Shown: positions 37,525 through 51,158, numbered from the stretch's first letter. The stretch is 64,000 bases of DNA from Candidatus Latescibacterota bacterium (GCA_965223905.1 CBDCXV010000011.1:1376001-1440000), one strand, 5' to 3'. The notes: generated from the letters alone by a model not told the origin. Numbers and translations are program-made.

Positions 37525-39432
37525 CGCGATAATCCCGGCCCGACTCTTTTAGCCACGGCCTAAGCGCTTCCCCCGAAACCCCAAGACACCAAAGTAGTAA
37601 GAGATTTGTGAAGCGCGGTGGAATCTTTCAGCACAGGTCGCACCCCTATTTTATCACGGGGAGCACCCTAAAGTTGACATCACACCCCTCTGTATCAGGC
37701 GGAAAATTGTCAACTATTGACCGCTCCTGGTAATATCTTTCATCGTCGTACTCTTACTTTTTTCCTTCACTATTGCACCTACTTTAGCATTGCTCCAACG
37801 TAACTTGCCTTGTCCTCTTCCTGAAAAAGGATGTTCCGCTTCCGCATTTCACTCTTCTCCATGCCCCACTTCCTTCGCATGGTCACGGAGGAAGTGTTCG
37901 AGACGATGTAGGACTCCAAGTGAACGTCGGGATCGCCCAGACGTTGTTCGATTTCTTTGATGGTCTCGTAGAACTGGATCTTGGGATCGCCGGGTCCGAG
38001 GTTACGGAGTCCCTTAGGGTCCACAAAGAGGACATGCTGTTGGCCGGCGGCGAGCAACCACAAGATGAAGTCGGGATGAAAGTTGCCAGCTTCGAAGAAG
38101 CCGATACCGCGGCCTTTGCTGAGGTTCCGTAGAAGGTAGAGTTCCCGGGTCTCAAAGAAGCCCTCCTCCTGGTCGTGGAACTCCTTCAGGTCCTCAACGA
38201 ATTGTCGTTCGCCTTTGTTCAGCGGTGCGGGAGTGATCTCGACGATTTTCGTATCCAAATAGAGCAATGGCTGGTAGAGGTGCTTGCCGAACCAAATAGC
38301 CTTCATGCCATGAAACTCCCAAGGCTGCAGCTCACCCTTTTGGATGGCAGTTTTTAGCTCCTCGAGCTTGGCAACAATCTCATCTTGCGATTTGTCTATA
38401 AGAATGCGGTAGTAACCCTCGTCCGGGGAATCTTTCACACCGAGGAAATTCGGATCGTCATCGTCCAGATAACGATATTCAAGGTGTGGAAGCTCCCACT
38501 CCCGCTTGCGGAAGGTGTAGTAGCGCTCGGTGTATTTCTTGAGCAGCGCAACGGCAATCTCCTCCCAGAGGTGCACCTTCTCGTAGGAATCCCCGACCAG
38601 TTCCTCTTCGGGAATCTGCAAACGATACCAGCTCTGGTCTCCAAGCAGAGCCTCAACACCTTTCCGCGTGATATTCAGATTGTACCACCCGCGCTCGGCT
38701 TTGAATCGCTCCAAATCGAAGCAGATGCGGTCGAGGTCAAGGAAGGCCACATGGAATGGTGTCAAGTGGGTTTCGTTCCGTGAGCCATGGGAATCGCCAC
38801 TGAGCAAATCAGATGACCTAATCGCCTGGATCTTTGGATACCAGTTGAGCAGTACCTGGTTTCTCTGAAGATATTCGGTACTCGAATCACTGGCTGGGTT
38901 CGGGGGGCCGACAGTCGGGACCGGCGCGAGCTTCCGGAAGGCATCGCCCAATTCGGTGCTGACGCCGTTAATCATCTTCTTAAGCCGGATCGTCTTGAGC
39001 TTCTGCTTTCCGAGGTCCTTGATTACCGGCAACAGGAACTCGATGCGGTCGTCGTTGGTGGGTAGACCTTCCTCTTCGAGGAAGTCCCGGAACTGCGCCA
39101 TGTAGTCGGCATGGATACCGAAAATCCCGAGCGTCTCAAGGACACCGATGTGTTTCGGGCGCTCAATACTAGCAGACAGATCCGTCTTGCCGCTGCGCTT
39201 GAGGCTCAGGTCGTACCCTTTGAGCCGCACTCCTCGCCCGAAGAGTTGGATGATCTGCGCGCCTTCCCCTTTGCCCACGTTCATCAGACCCATGGTTGAA
39301 ACGCGCCAACTGCTCCAGCCCTCGGTAAACTTCTTCGAGCCTATGAGCAAATGCACCGTCGATTCCGGCTGGTTGATACCATGAAATATCGATCCCGAGA
39401 ATTCGCGCTCGCCTGTGGCAAGGCCTTTCTGT

Positions 39433-40896
39433 GGGTCTATCCGGGTTTTTCAACGCCGAAACGTAAGTACGGAAAGTACCTGAGCCCTTGCTGTCCATCT
39501 GAGTACATGACAAGGCCATAGGTCGTTCCCTATGCTTGGTGTATCCCCATCAAGCACTCCCCAAGAAAGGGAAGGGAAGGCGACCTATGACCGCTATGAA
39601 GTTCGTCTCCAAGCTGTTCCAATTCAAGGGATTTCGCGCGGTGGGCGTGTGGTTCGAAGGACACGGGGAAGAAGCGGCCGTCGTGGTCGCGGTGAAGCCC
39701 CAAAGGAACGGGTGCCGGTGTCCCGAGTGTGGGCGCCGCGGCAAGATCGTACAGGTCATGGAGTTCCGCCGCTGGCGCGACGTCCGCGTTTGCGGCCGTA
39801 CCCTCTGGTTGCACCACGCCCCTCGGGAGATCCGCTGCCCGACCCACGGCCGTCGCGTCGAGGAGGTGCCCTGGGCGGCGCCCTCGGCCCAGGTCAGCTA
39901 CCGCTTCGAATACCTGCTGCTGAGGTACTGCCAGTGGATGACGCAGGCCGCCGCCGCGCGCCTGCTGGGTCTGGCCCCGTCGACCCTGTCCGACCAGCTG
40001 CACCGGCTCATCGAGCGCCGGCGTACGGGGCACCGCATCCGCCGGCTGAAGACCCTCGGCATCGACGAGATCTCCTACGCCAAGGGCCATAAATACGCTA
40101 CCCTGGTCTACGACCTGGAACGCTCCCGTGTCGTCTGGGTCGGCAAGGGCAAGGCACGGAAGACCATCGACGCGTTTTTCCGGGACCATCTCAGCGCCTT
40201 CCAGAAGGACCGCATCCGCTGGGCCTGCTGCGACCTGAGCGAGACCTTCATCGGCGCCATCCGGCAGCATGGTCCCAACGCCGAGTTGGTCCTGGACCGA
40301 TTCCACGTCGTCAAGGCCCTCAACGAAGCCGTCGACGAGGTGCGCAAGGAGCAGTGGCGGCAAGCCTGTGGCGAGGACCGCAAGCTGCTCAAGGGCCTGC
40401 GCTGGGTGCTGCTGCATCACTCCGCCCAGCGCTCGCGAAAGGATCGGCGCACGCTCCAAACCCTGGAGAAGGCCAACCGCCGCATCTACCGCGCCTGGCG
40501 CCTGAAGGACGAGTTCGAGCACTTCTGGCGCTACAAGGCGCGCTGGGCCGCCGAACGCTTCCTCAAGAAGTGGACGACGGCGGCCCTGCGCAGCCGCCTG
40601 CAGCCCCTGCGCAAGTTCGTCAACACGGTGCGCAAGCAGGCGGCCGGCATCACCGCCTTCGTCGACACGCACCTGACCAACGCCGCCGCCGAAGGGCTCA
40701 ATCGCATTATCCGCATGGTCAAGAATCGAGCCAGTGGATTTAAAACTCTGGATGCCTTTGCCGACCTGATTTACCTGTGCGTCGGAGACCTCGATATCCC
40801 TGCGCAGATTCCGGCCCGATTCCGTACAGTATGAAACCCTAAAAATCTCATTGGGGAAACGCTATAAATACCACGTTGAAAAACCCGTATATAGCC
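39433..40896 (+). mobile_element. ISL3-family insertion sequence (1464 bp)
   Basis: 23-bp imperfect IRs GGGTCTATCCGGGTTTTTCAACG / GGCTATATACGGGTTTTTCAACG; 8-bp TSD CTTTCTGT at 39425-39432 and 40897-40904. Confidence 0.95.
39587..40834 (+). CDS. ISL3-family transposase
   Basis: CPECG zinc finger, LGIDE, DRFHVVK, TNAAAEGLNRIIR. Confidence 0.95.
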   Translation: MTAMKFVSKLFQFKGFRAVGVWFEGHGEEAAVVVAVKPQRNGCRCPECGRRGKIVQVMEFRRWRDVRVCGRTLWLHHAPREIRCPTHGRRVEEVPWAAPSAQVSYRFEYLLLRYCQWMTQAAAARLLGLAPSTLSDQLHRLIERRRTGHRIRRLKTLGIDEISYAKGHKYATLVYDLERSRVVWVGKGKARKTIDAFFRDHLSAFQKDRIRWACCDLSETFIGAIRQHGPNAELVLDRFHVVKALNEAVDEVRKEQWRQACGEDRKLLKGLRWVLLHHSAQRSRKDRRTLQTLEKANRRIYRAWRLKDEFEHFWRYKARWAAERFLKKWTTAALRSRLQPLRKFVNTVRKQAAGITAFVDTHLTNAAAEGLNRIIRMVKNRASGFKTLDAFADLIYLCVGDLDIPAQIPARFRTV

Positions 40897-42853
40897 CTTT
40901 CTGTTCGCACAGTTTCACCAGCTTGGCGTCGTCGCCCACGTTGATGACACCGAAAGCTTCGTTTTCGGCGCCCAGCCGCAGGGCTACTTCGCCGGTTACG
41001 CCCCTCAGATTCTCGACGTAGAGCTGGCCCCCGCCCGGGGCGTTGAAGATCGTCGCGAGCGTTTCGTCGAAGACCTGCTCCGGCGTGAGTCCGCAGGTGT
41101 TGAGATACGCAAAGCGCCCGGCGAACAGGTTCTTACCCGTTGCGGTGACAAGGCCCTGATTGAGAACCTGTTTTATGCGCTGGATGCTTCCGGTGGGGTC
41201 TGCCACGTAATGGGCCAGGAACTGCAAGATTTCCACGATGTCCGAAGCGTCTTTCTTCGCGAGCGTCGCGGTTACCCGCCCACCAACGAAGATCCATAGA
41301 GGACTCTCGATGTTGAATGGCCGGAATGTGCTGCCTTGTTCGCGGTAGAGACGCTGCTGCTGGAAGAACGAGAGCAAGCAGGCCACGAGGTACAGCTCGA
41401 GGTGGTTCTGTTGCGTTCCCTGGTCGAGATTGAAGATCTGGTAGTCTTTGCCGAAGCCGTCTCCGTAGAAATAGCGGTACGAGTAGTCGCACAGCGTTGT
41501 TTTGGCATACAGCTCGGTAAGCCTGGGGTTGCCCTTGACCGCTTGCTCGAAGGTGGCCGAGTACTCGAACGAGAACCCTTCTTCGCACAATGCATTTCGA
41601 AAGCGCATCCATGCGCCTTCGTCTCCCCCGCTTGCGCCGCGGTGCCCTTCATCCACAAGGACCAAGTTATTCCCCTCGAAAGCGTCAATGGCGATTGTCT
41701 TATCGCCCATCTCGTCTTTAAGCTTGTGGATGTCGAGGATTTCTATCCTGTACCCACTGAACAGGCTACGGCCGTCTTTGTCGAACAGCTCAGCGTCGAT
41801 TCCCGATACTTCGAACTCGCGCAAATGCTGTTTGGAAAGTCCTTCGTTTGGAGTGAGCAAAAGGATCCGGTTCAGTTCCCTCCGCCGACAATGCAGCTCC
41901 AGAACGTGCTGGTATTGCAGGATATTGGCGTGCATCAGCAGCGTCTTACCGCTGCCGGTTGCCATCCAGAAGGCGAGCTTGTTGAGCTGCGGCCTGGCTT
42001 CAGCGGCTTCGTCTAAGGCGGCAATTTGGTCGACCTCGGACTTTTCCGCGTTGTAGGCAGCCACCTGCACGTTCAGCTCTACAAGTAGCGCCTTAGGATC
42101 GCGGAAGTAGCGGTCCAGGTAGATCTCGCTGAAAAGGAGAGTCAGGTACTGGAAGTACTTCCAAACAATTGGCTCCTCGCGGCGGGTAATCCGTCGTTCG
42201 TTCAGACGTTGCGTGTGCCTGACGATGTTCTGGTCGTACTCCAGCAGCAGCTCAGGAGGCAGTTCCTCCAAGTTGAAAAACTGTGAAGTGAGAACGTGGT
42301 GGAAACGATGGACGTTGTCCTCGTCCAGCCCTTCCAGGGCCTCGTCCCGCAGGTGTTCCGCCAGTTCCTCGAAACGCGAAACATTGAAGAGGGACAGAAC
42401 CCACTGGTTGAGCACAAGCTTGTGCGCGAATGGAACCTGAGGTCGGGTCTTGGCGCGGCGCGCCATTACACTTTCTCCATTTCGAACATCAGCCGATGGA
42501 AGTCCTCTTCGATGAGTCGCACCTTCCACAAATCATCTGGGCTCTTGAGGTTCTCCAAGTTGTTTCCCCCGTTGACATAGATGAGGTCAAATTCCCTTTC
42601 CTTGGCCGAATAGCCCTGCTTGGTGAACCACTCGTCGAGCACCAGGTTGTCGTGCTCCTGCTCGCCCGTGAGCTTCCGCCAGATGACCAGCGTCCTGCGG
42701 CGGTCGGGGGTGGTGCCGGTAACCGTACGAAACCAGTAGAGGCCATCCGTCTCCTTCTTGAGGCGGCCAAGAAGCCGCAGGCGCTCCTCGCTGTCGCGCC
42801 TGAATGTGGCACTGAAAGTCTGCGGCGCGGCGATATGCCGTACCGTGAGGCCG

Positions 42854-42888
<35 letters not shown>

Positions 42889-44088
42889 TACCTCGCGGCT
42901 CTCATCCGATCCGAGACGCTTAACCTTCAGTTTGTAGGCGTTGGGATCGGTGAATGCCTGCGTGTTGAGCAGCGACTGGCTTCCGCGCGTCTCAACATCG
43001 AGCATGTAGCGCAGGATGTATTGTTCCTTGAGACCGCCAGGACCTTGTGCTTCGGAAGAGTCGAGCAGCAGTTGCTGCTTGTCAGTACGGCGGATCTCCA
43101 GGTTATTGAGCGCGTCTTCATAGGATTCGAGGCGGACGATCTTGACTATGCGCGGGCTGCGCTCGGCTTCCTCTGGCGAAGCTAAGCGCTTTGTCTTGCC
43201 GTCCTTCCATTCCGGCGTAAACGTGACCTTTTTGATGCGCGGCAACAACACTGTTTCGAAGTAGACGCCCATCTCGACGAGGATGAACTTGCGCCGACCG
43301 CCATCTCCACGGTTTAAGTTGATGGCCGCGTGGCCAGTAGTGCCGGAACCTGCAAAGTGGTCAAGAGCAAGCAGTGAGTCGGAGGCTGTAGGAGAGAGGG
43401 AGAGAGCTCTTTCGACTAGCGACGGAGGCTTCGGGTTGTCAAATACGGAGCTACCGAAGAGCGCCTTTACAATGTTGCCTCCGTCGTCGGTTGTCCCAGT
43501 CAGCTTGTAGTGCCAAACATCCACGGGCACCATCCCTTCGGAAGCTTCAGAAAGGAACGATTTTAGCCGGGGGTATTCGTAGCTGCCGTCGAAACCCCAG
43601 TAGAGCCGATCTTCGTTGATATGTTGCCTGTGGGACTCAAGGTCGTACTTCCATGCGTGAGTGGGATGCTCAACATCATGGTTCTGGATGGGGTTATGGA
43701 TGGGGTAAACCAGATTGGGGCGCTGCTCTTTTGTGGCCGGGTTGACATAGGAAGAGCTGATCCACGGCCCCCGTGGATCGCTATCGGGGTTTGAGTAGTT
43801 GCTCTTGGACTTCTCAGTTCGAGCTTCGCGGATGACACTAAGAGCCTTACTGACTCGATAACTCAGCACAGTATCCTTCAGGCTGTAAAATCGCTTGGCA
43901 TTGTTACTGCGCGTATACCGTTTCTCCCACGCGACGTCCGCAAGAAAGTTTCCGCCACCAAACACACCATCACAGATCAACCGCAGTCGCGACACCTCGA
44001 CGTAGTCGATGGTCAAGAAAATCAAACCGGTTTCCGACAACAGACTTCGCGTGCGCGCGAGTCGGTCCTCCATCATGCTTAACCAGCT

Positions 44089-45703
44089 GTAACCGTTCAG
44101 TCCCCCTGCAGTAGTTTGCGCATGTAAAGAAATACCTAAGCGGGTTTTCGGGTTCGTCGGTATCTTCGGATTGGTTGTGTGTTGCAGATTCTCCGGATAC
44201 GAGCAACCCCATGAAGAGACCCCCTGAGGGTGCGATTTCCGAAGGCGACTTGCGTCAGCGCATTGTCCAGCTCGAGCGGATCGTGGAACAACAGACGTCC
44301 CGCATCGCCGAGCTGGAGCAGGAATTGGCCCGTCGCAAGGGGCGATCCCGCCGTGGCGCTCAAACCTCCTCGTCGGGTTCCTCCACGCGGCGTACCGATG
44401 CCTCCGGCCGTCGCCGGTCCTCGGGGCGCTCGCCGGGCGGACAGCCCGGGCACGAAGGGCACGGCCGCTCGTGGGTATCGGTCGAGCAGGTGGACGAACG
44501 GATCCCGGTCAAGCCCAGCAATTGCCACCGATGCGGGCACCGGTTGACGGGAGACGATCCCCATCCGCAGCGCCACCAGGAAGTCGTCATCCCGCCGCTG
44601 CGCGCCGAGGTCATCGAGTATCAGTTGCACACCCTGCGCTGCGCTCACTGCCACCGCCTGACCGCAGCCGGTTGGCCCGAAGGCGTGTCGCGGCACACCT
44701 ACGGTCCCAGCGTGCAAGCCTGGGTGAGCCTGCTGGCCGGGGCCTACCGGCTGAGCAAGCGCAACATCCGGGCGCTGTTGTCCGACGCCTTCGGCCTCAA
44801 GGTGTCGCTGGGTACGGTCAGCCGGCTGGAACAGGAAGTGGCCGCGGCCCTGGCGGGTGCGGTCGAGGAGGCGCGCGCCTTCGTTCGCCGACAGGGCATC
44901 GTCAACGTCGACGAGACCGGCTGGCGCCAGCGCCGCGCCAAGGCCTGGTTGTGGACCGCGGTGACCGAGGGCGTCACCGTGTTCTCCATCCGCAAAAGAC
45001 GTAACCGCGACGGGGTCGATGAGATGCTGGGTGCGGATAACCGGGCGGTGGTCGGCTGCGATCGCTATTCGGCCTACGCGCATCTGCCGCTGCGACGCCG
45101 GCAAGTCTGCTGGGCTCACCTGCGGCGCGCCTTCGAGGAGTTCGTGGCCCGGGGCGGAGAGGCCGAGCGCGTCGGTCAACACCTGTTGGACCGCAGCGAG
45201 CAGCTGTTTACCTGGTGGCATCAAGTCCGCGACGGTACCCTGTCCCGCGCCCGCTTCCAGGACTATATCGACGATTTGTGTCTGCGCTTTCGGTTTCATT
45301 TGTGCTATGGGCAGCAGTTCGCCGACGCCAAGACGGCGGCCACCTGCGCCAATCTCCTCGACCTCGGGCCGGCCCTGTGGACCTTCGCACGCCGGCCCGG
45401 CGTCGAGCCGACCAACAACGACGCCGAACGAGCCCTTCGCCATGGCGTGTTGTGGCGTCACACCAGCTTCGGCACCCACAGTGCCGAAGGCAGCCGTTTC
45501 GTAGAGCGCCTGCTCACGGTGCGCGATACCCTGCGCCAGCAGCAGCGCAACGTCCTCGACTATCTCAGGATGGCCTGTGACGCCGCCGTGTCTAAGCAGC
45601 CGGCGCCCTCGCTGCTGCCTTCAACCCACTCCCCCATTCGTTAATAGTCAACCTGCTACCATTCCGCCCCCGCCCCAACCTGCCAGGGGAACTGAACGGT
45701 TAC
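44089..45703 (+). mobile_element. IS66-family insertion sequence, single-ORF (ISBst12-like), 1615 bp
   Basis: IRs GTAACCGTTCAGT(C/T)CCCCTG; 8-bp TSD AACCAGCT at 44081-44088 and 45704-45711. Confidence 0.95.
44211..45644 (+). CDS. IS66-family transposase
   Basis: [46 protein letters not shown]. Confidence 0.95.
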   Translation: MKRPPEGAISEGDLRQRIVQLERIVEQQTSRIAELEQELARRKGRSRRGAQTSSSGSSTRRTDASGRRRSSGRSPGGQPGHEGHGRSWVSVEQVDERIPVKPSNCHRCGHRLTGDDPHPQRHQEVVIPPLRAEVIEYQLHTLRCAHCHRLTAAGWPEGVSRHTYGPSVQAWVSLLAGAYRLSKRNIRALLSDAFGLKVSLGTVSRLEQEVAAALAGAVEEARAFVRRQGIVNVDETGWRQRRAKAWLWTAVTEGVTVFSIRKRRNRDGVDEMLGADNRAVVGCDRYSAYAHLPLRRRQVCWAHLRRAFEEFVARGGEAERVGQHLLDRSEQLFTWWHQVRDGTLSRARFQDYIDDLCLRFRFHLCYGQQFADAKTAATCANLLDLGPALWTFARRPGVEPTNNDAERALRHGVLWRHTSFGTHSAEGSRFVERLLTVRDTLRQQQRNVLDYLRMACDAAVSKQPAPSLLPSTHSPIR

Positions 45704-47419
45704 AACCAGCTGGAATGCTGATAGCGGTCCTTGTAGAGGAAGCCGTCAACGCCCGTGTTGTAAGGTGGGTCGGCAAAGACAACGGCGGTTGCCTGACGGT
45801 AGCGCTCCGACAATGTCTCAAGTGCCTGGAAATTTTCGCTGTGGAACAGTACGCCGTCTGTTTTCTCGTCTACATCGCCCAGCGCATCGAGTAACTGCTC
45901 TGTGAAACCTGAATCGAAGTGATGTGTATCCACGACTAGGGTCGGATGCCCCTTGAGGAATTCGGCTTTGAGCTTTTTTCTGTAACCAGGCGTAGTCAGG
46001 TTTCCTTCGATTTCGTCAATCCCAAGGAGATTCACCCACTCCTCTCGCTGTGCTTCATTCTTGGCGATCTCCGCATAGAACGCCTCAGGGATGCTGCCGA
46101 CAGTAATGCAGTATCGGGTTTCAACCACGAATTTTTTCTTCAGCCACAGTTTCTTCTGGAAATCCTCAAGCTGGGCGAGGAAGTCGATGATCTTGCCCGC
46201 GATCTTGCGGATGACCTTGATCTTGGAGAGGTACTGTTCGACACGCGGCGCGGACTCGGTCTCCACGTCGTCGAGGTGCATTACTTCGTTCTTGATGTAG
46301 AAGTCCAGCTCCCGGCGAAGAAAAGTCCCAAGGTCCTTGTGGATGAAGTAGTCGAAGGTGTTGCGCGCGGCGTAGCGCTTGAGGTGCGCCTCCAAGCGGC
46401 TGTAGTCGGCTTCATCGCCGTTCGCCATGACGTGCGCCTTGCTCAGCTCGGTGGTCCATTCCATCGACACATTTCCAGTGGCTGCCAAAATGTTTCGAGT
46501 TGCGTGTTCGCTCAGGTCTTTCTGGACGGGGGGGTTTTTCTTTCCCTCGCGATCCTCCTCCGGCCAGTCCGTGATCGTTGCCGGACGGTACTCGAAGCGG
46601 ATTACCAACTCCTTGCCCTGCTCGCCGTCCTCCTCAGCGATGAAGTCATGACCTGATTCCCCCGGCTCTGCCAGGATGAACACACGGTCCTTACCCTCTG
46701 CGGCCTTGACGTTACCGTGCTCACCCTCCGCAACGTCCGCCAGACGGAAGTGCACGCGCAGGGGCTTCTTTTCGTCGTGCGGCCTCAGTCGGAAAGCGTA
46801 ATCGCGCAGGTACTCACTGGTCTTGATGTAGTACTGGTCCTTGTTGGCCCAGTGGAGCGTGACCTCCTCGCCCTCGTAGGGGATGGCGTAGACGCCCGGC
46901 TTGTAGACGCGCTTGGGGAGGAAGTCGCCCTCGGAGTAGTAGCGGCGGAAAAAACCGAACAGGTGGTCGTAGACCTCGCTCTCCAGGGCGCCGATATCAA
47001 CGGCCTCGCTCTCGAGCCGGGCGCGCAGGTCTTTGACCTTCTGTGTCGTCTCCGGATCGACGCCAAGCCCTCGCGCCTGCTCTATGGCCGTGGCCAGATC
47101 TTTCTCGATCTCAAATTTGTCGGCGGTCCTGTATTGGCCGAATGCTGCCCGCACCTGCGGCAGCAGGTCCTCGTCAAGGAACTTCGACACCTCGGCGCTC
47201 TTAGCGTGCAGTACGCGGTAGATGCCGAAGTCCAGGTCGGGCTGGTCGAGCTGGAACAGCTCCTTAAGTAGCGTCTTCAGCTTCTCGTACCGTTGGCTCA
47301 TCCGATCGGTTTCCCTTGTGGAAAGAACACTTCGACTTGGCAGCTCATGATTCTTCGGACCGACACTTAGGAAAATAACGCACCGTTTAATCGATACCCT
47401 GTCAAGTTGCAGATAGGAC

Positions 47420-47979
47420 ACACACGCCCTGAGACCGGTCTCCTCCTTGAGCCGCTCCCGCGCGTCGTTTCCGCGCGGCATGTTCTGATCCTGGCACAGC
47501 CACCAGGGGAAGTAGACGTTGATCATGCCCACCCGGGGACCGTCGCTGCGGTTGGCCCCTCCGGTGTGCCAGAGCCGGTTGTCGAACAGCAGCACGCTGC
47601 CCGCGGCACCGGTCACCTGGGTCTCTCCGGGATGGGGGATCGGCAAGTCGAGGCCGGCGGTGCGGTTGGTCGGCGCCCGGTGCCGGGAAACTCGACAAAC
47701 CCCTTCACGGAGCCCATCCGGAGGTAGGGCCCGAACACCGCCCGCATGGGGGCGAGCAGGCGCTCGTGCGCCAGATACGGGGCGAATCGCCTGGTGGTGG
47801 TTGATGCAGAAGAGGATGAACACCGATTCGGTGTTGGTCCCCCGGGTCCGGCCGAGCCGCCTCGCCGCGGTCTCCTCGATGCTCTCCCGCACCTCGGTCA
47901 CCTCGCCGGGGGGAATGATCCCCTCCAGCAGGGACCAGCCGTGCACCCGGTGCTGGAACAGTACTTCGTCGACACTCAT
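47420..47979 (-). pseudogene. PhyH family dioxygenase fragment
   Basis: MSVDEVLFQHRVHGWSLLEG...AGSVLLFDNRLWHTGGANRSDGPR; lacks the HxD region and is truncated at the R-M island. Confidence 0.7.
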
Positions 47980-48170
47980 CTGTCGCACACCGCCATGGAC
48001 TTTGAGCTCACGCGTTGGTTCGCAAGGGATCTGACTTTCTTTGAATGGCCTACCGCATCCGGGCAAACAGTCCGGGAACATGGTTTACAGTCCCGGCAAG
48101 CGGCTGTTATCGTATGCCGGCCGCCGGGGCATCCGGCCGCGCACCCACACCTGAAACAGGAGCACGCATC

Positions 48171-49110
48171 GTGAAAGTCGCTGTCTGGGGCCGTGAGCTC
48201 GAGGACTCCTACCTGAAGTTCGTCTGCCAGATCGGAGCGGACGCCGTCGACGGGTTGCCGATACCCAACGAGCCGGGGAAGGGGTATTTCGATCTCGACG
48301 AGACCCTGAAGATCAAGAGGAAGATCGCCGCCTGGGGCATGGAGATTAACCGCGTCTCCCTGCCCTACCTGTCGGAGGCCTACGTCGACGACGGCGACGG
48401 CGCCGAGGAGGAGCTGGAAAACTGCTGCCAGTCCCTGCGGGTGCTGGGGGAAGCGAAGCTGCCCCTGGGCCGCGTCGGTTTCGCCCGGGACGTGTACCCG
48501 TGGATGCGCAAGGACCACCGCGCCGTCCATCGCGGGGGGCTACGTGTACCGCGGGGAGGGCGTCAAGGAAGGCACGGTTCCGCCCTCCGCCGAGGAGCAG
48601 GAGCGCTACTGGGGCCGGGGTCTGCCACGCCTACGGCAAGCTCGTCCCGATCGCCGAGGAGTACGGGGTGCGGCTGATCATGCATCCCTCCGATCCCCCG
48701 AGCCCGGACGCCCCCTTCGGCGGCCTCGGGTTCCACCGCCTGATCGACTCCTTCCCCAGCCCCAGCGTCGGCTACCTCTACTGCTGCGGCACCCGCTCCC
48801 AGGCGGGCGGCCTGCCCCTGGTGCTCGACGAGATCCACAACTACGGCCGCAAGAACCGCATCTTCATGGGTCCACTTCCGCAACGTCCGCGGCAGCATCG
48901 CCACGGCCAACGGCTTCGAGGAGGTGCTCCTCGACGACGGCGACATGAACATGTTCAAGATCCTGCTGGAGCTCAGGCGCGTCGGCTTCGACGGCTGCCT
49001 GAATCCCGACCACTGCCCGGCCTCGAGGGGACGGCCCCGAGGCCACCCAGTCCCTGGCCTACGCGGTCGGCTACATCAAGGCGATGCTCGCCGCCCTGGC
49101 GGTGGTGTAG
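48171..49110 (+). pseudogene. Mannonate dehydratase (UxuA)-like protein with several 1-nt frameshifts
   Basis: LVPIAEEYGVRLIMHPSDPP, HFRNVRG, DDGDMNMFKIL, LNPDH, AYAVGYIKAM spread over several frames. Confidence 0.7.
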
Positions 49111-49188
49111 GGAGGGTGAAGGGGGTGCGCGCCTGAAAACCGGAACCAGCAGTAGTTTTTCCCCGCATTCCACCCCAAGGAGGGTGCC

Positions 49189-50707
49189 GTGACTGCGACC
49201 ATGACGGAACACGAGAACTACTACTTCGACGTGTGCGGCTATCTCATCGTCCGCAACGCCCTCTCCCACGTCGAGGTCGACACCTTCAACAAGGCCTTCG
49301 ACGCCGCCGTCGACGGGTCGCTGCCGGCGAGCGCCCCGTACCGCTATCCCTTCCTGCAGCTGCGCGACCACCCGGTTCTCCGGCGCTACCTCTCGGAAAT
49401 CCTCGGCGGGGAGTACTGCTGCGACGAAGGGCCGGAGTGGATCGGCGCCCCTGGGGCGGCGGCTGACGGCAGGCTATCCGGCGGCGGCGAGTGGGTCGAC
49501 TGGTCGCGCGCCTACCGGCACCAGGGAGGGGTCCGCCTCTGCCAGGGGGTGCGAGCCCTCTGGGCCCTGACCGATGTCGATCCGGGAGACGGAGGCTTCG
49601 TCCTGATCCCGGCCAGCCACAACTCGGAAGTCGAGGCCCCCGAAGACGTGCTCGGCGGGCCGACGACATGGGGCTGACCTTGCAGCCGGACCTGCGGGCC
49701 GGGGACCTGCTGCTCTGCGCCCACTCGCTGGTGCACGGGGTGCGGCCCCGGAAGGGCTCCAGGCCGGCGCGGACCCTGGCCTGGACCTACGTCCACTCCC
49801 AGGTGCGGGCCCACGACTGGAGCGGCGGCAGCGAACCGGCGCGGGACTGGCTGCCGTCGCTGACCCCGGCGCAGCGCGCCGTGATGCCCGATCCGGACCG
49901 CGACGGACTGCCCCCCCCGCCGGTCCGGACCGACGGCGAGACCTCCTGGATCGAGGAGGACGGCGACGAAATCCACCACTCCTTCGATCTACCTGCGCGA
50001 CCCCGAGGCGGAGATCGACGACAAGGAGTTCTACCACTGGGACCTGTGCGGCCACCTGGTCGTCAAGGGGGCGATGGACGCGGAGTGGCTGGCCGCGGCC
50101 AACGAGGCGATCGACCGGAACGCCGACCTCGTCAACGCCGGCCCGAGCGACGCGGCGCGGGATTCGAAGCGCCTCGCCGGCAGCCACGGCGCCTCGATGT
50201 CCGACCCCTGGCAGCTGCCCGAGCCGTACTGCGAGCCGTTCCGGCGCATGATCGCCCACCCGGCCCTGGTCCGGAGGCTGGAACTGGATCGTGGGCAGCG
50301 GCTTCGAGTGCCGCCAGTGCTCGCTGTTCGCCCACCGCAAGGGCGGGGTCGGCCACTACCTGCACAGCGGCACCGCAGAGCCCGGGGTCGGCAACCACTA
50401 CCGTTTGCGGAACGGGCGCGCCTACTGCGAGCACCTCAACGTCGCCTGGCAGCTGCGCGACGTCACCGCCGCGGACGGCGGCTTCTGCTGCATTCCGGGC
50501 AGCCACAAGGGGCGCTACCCCCTGCCCGCGGGGATCGCCTCCTGCGACGACGACCCGATGCAGGTGGTGCGCCACGTCGGCATGGAGGCGGGGGACGTGC
50601 TGATCTTCCTCGCCGGGGCGCAGACCCACGGCGCCTTCCCCTGGCGCGGGGACGCCGACCGCAGGGCGGTCTTCTTCGCCTACCGGGGCCGCAACTTCAA
50701 GCGCTGA
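49189..50707 (+). pseudogene. Double-domain PhyH family protein with 1-nt frameshifts
   Basis: Two units: YYFDVCGYLIVRNAL...GGFVLIPASH and YHWDLCGHLVVKGA...GGFCCIPGSH...QTHG. Confidence 0.7.
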
Positions 50708-50756
50708 GCGGGTTGCTTCCGGGCCGCCGGGGACGCCCCCTGTCCGAAGATCGCGG

Positions 50757-51158
50757 CTACTTGCGCGCGTCGCGCGCCATCACGTGAGAACAGGTGAGGA
50801 TGCGGCTGTCCGCGGTTACCACAGTGAGGTCGTGGACTCTCGCCGTGGCGACCAGGATGCGGTCGGCGGGATCCCGATGGAACTCGCCGGGCAGGTCGTA
50901 CGCCCCCGCGGCTATCTCGTGGGTAAGGGAAATCGTTTCCGCAAGCAGCGCCTGCAGCGACTCCGAGATCCATGTCTGCAGCCGCCCCGCCAGAGTCAGC
51001 CGCCCCGCCCAGGCGAGCTGGGCGAGTTCCAGCGACGACACCGGGGAAACGAAGAGGCTGTTTTCCTCGGCAGCGAGGGCACTCCTCGTACCGGGGCCCA
51101 GAGTTTCGGGTGACTCCTGGGTCCAGACCCACACATGGGTATCCAGCAGGAAGTTCAA
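50757..51158 (-). CDS. vapC: VapC/PIN-domain toxin
   Basis: LLDTHVWVW, SPVSSLE, HRDPADRILVATA, VTAD. Confidence 0.92.
   Translation of the reverse strand: MNFLLDTHVWVWTQESPETLGPGTRSALAAEENSLFVSPVSSLELAQLAWAGRLTLAGRLQTWISESLQALLAETISLTHEIAAGAYDLPGEFHRDPADRILVATARVHDLTVVTADSRILTCSHVMARDARK

Larger units (their letters stand above)
37779..42466 (-). pseudogene. res: Type III restriction endonuclease Res subunit interrupted by ISL3
   Basis: 5' part [16 protein letters not shown]; 3' part [21 protein letters not shown]; removing 39433-40904 restores ...[16 protein letters not shown]... Confidence 0.92.

Noticed and set aside
45700-48081. 793-aa ORF read as a PhyH-methyltransferase fusion
   Set aside because: Chance in-frame join of a decayed PhyH fragment to mod; mod has its own start at 47301 and the intervening translation is not protein-like
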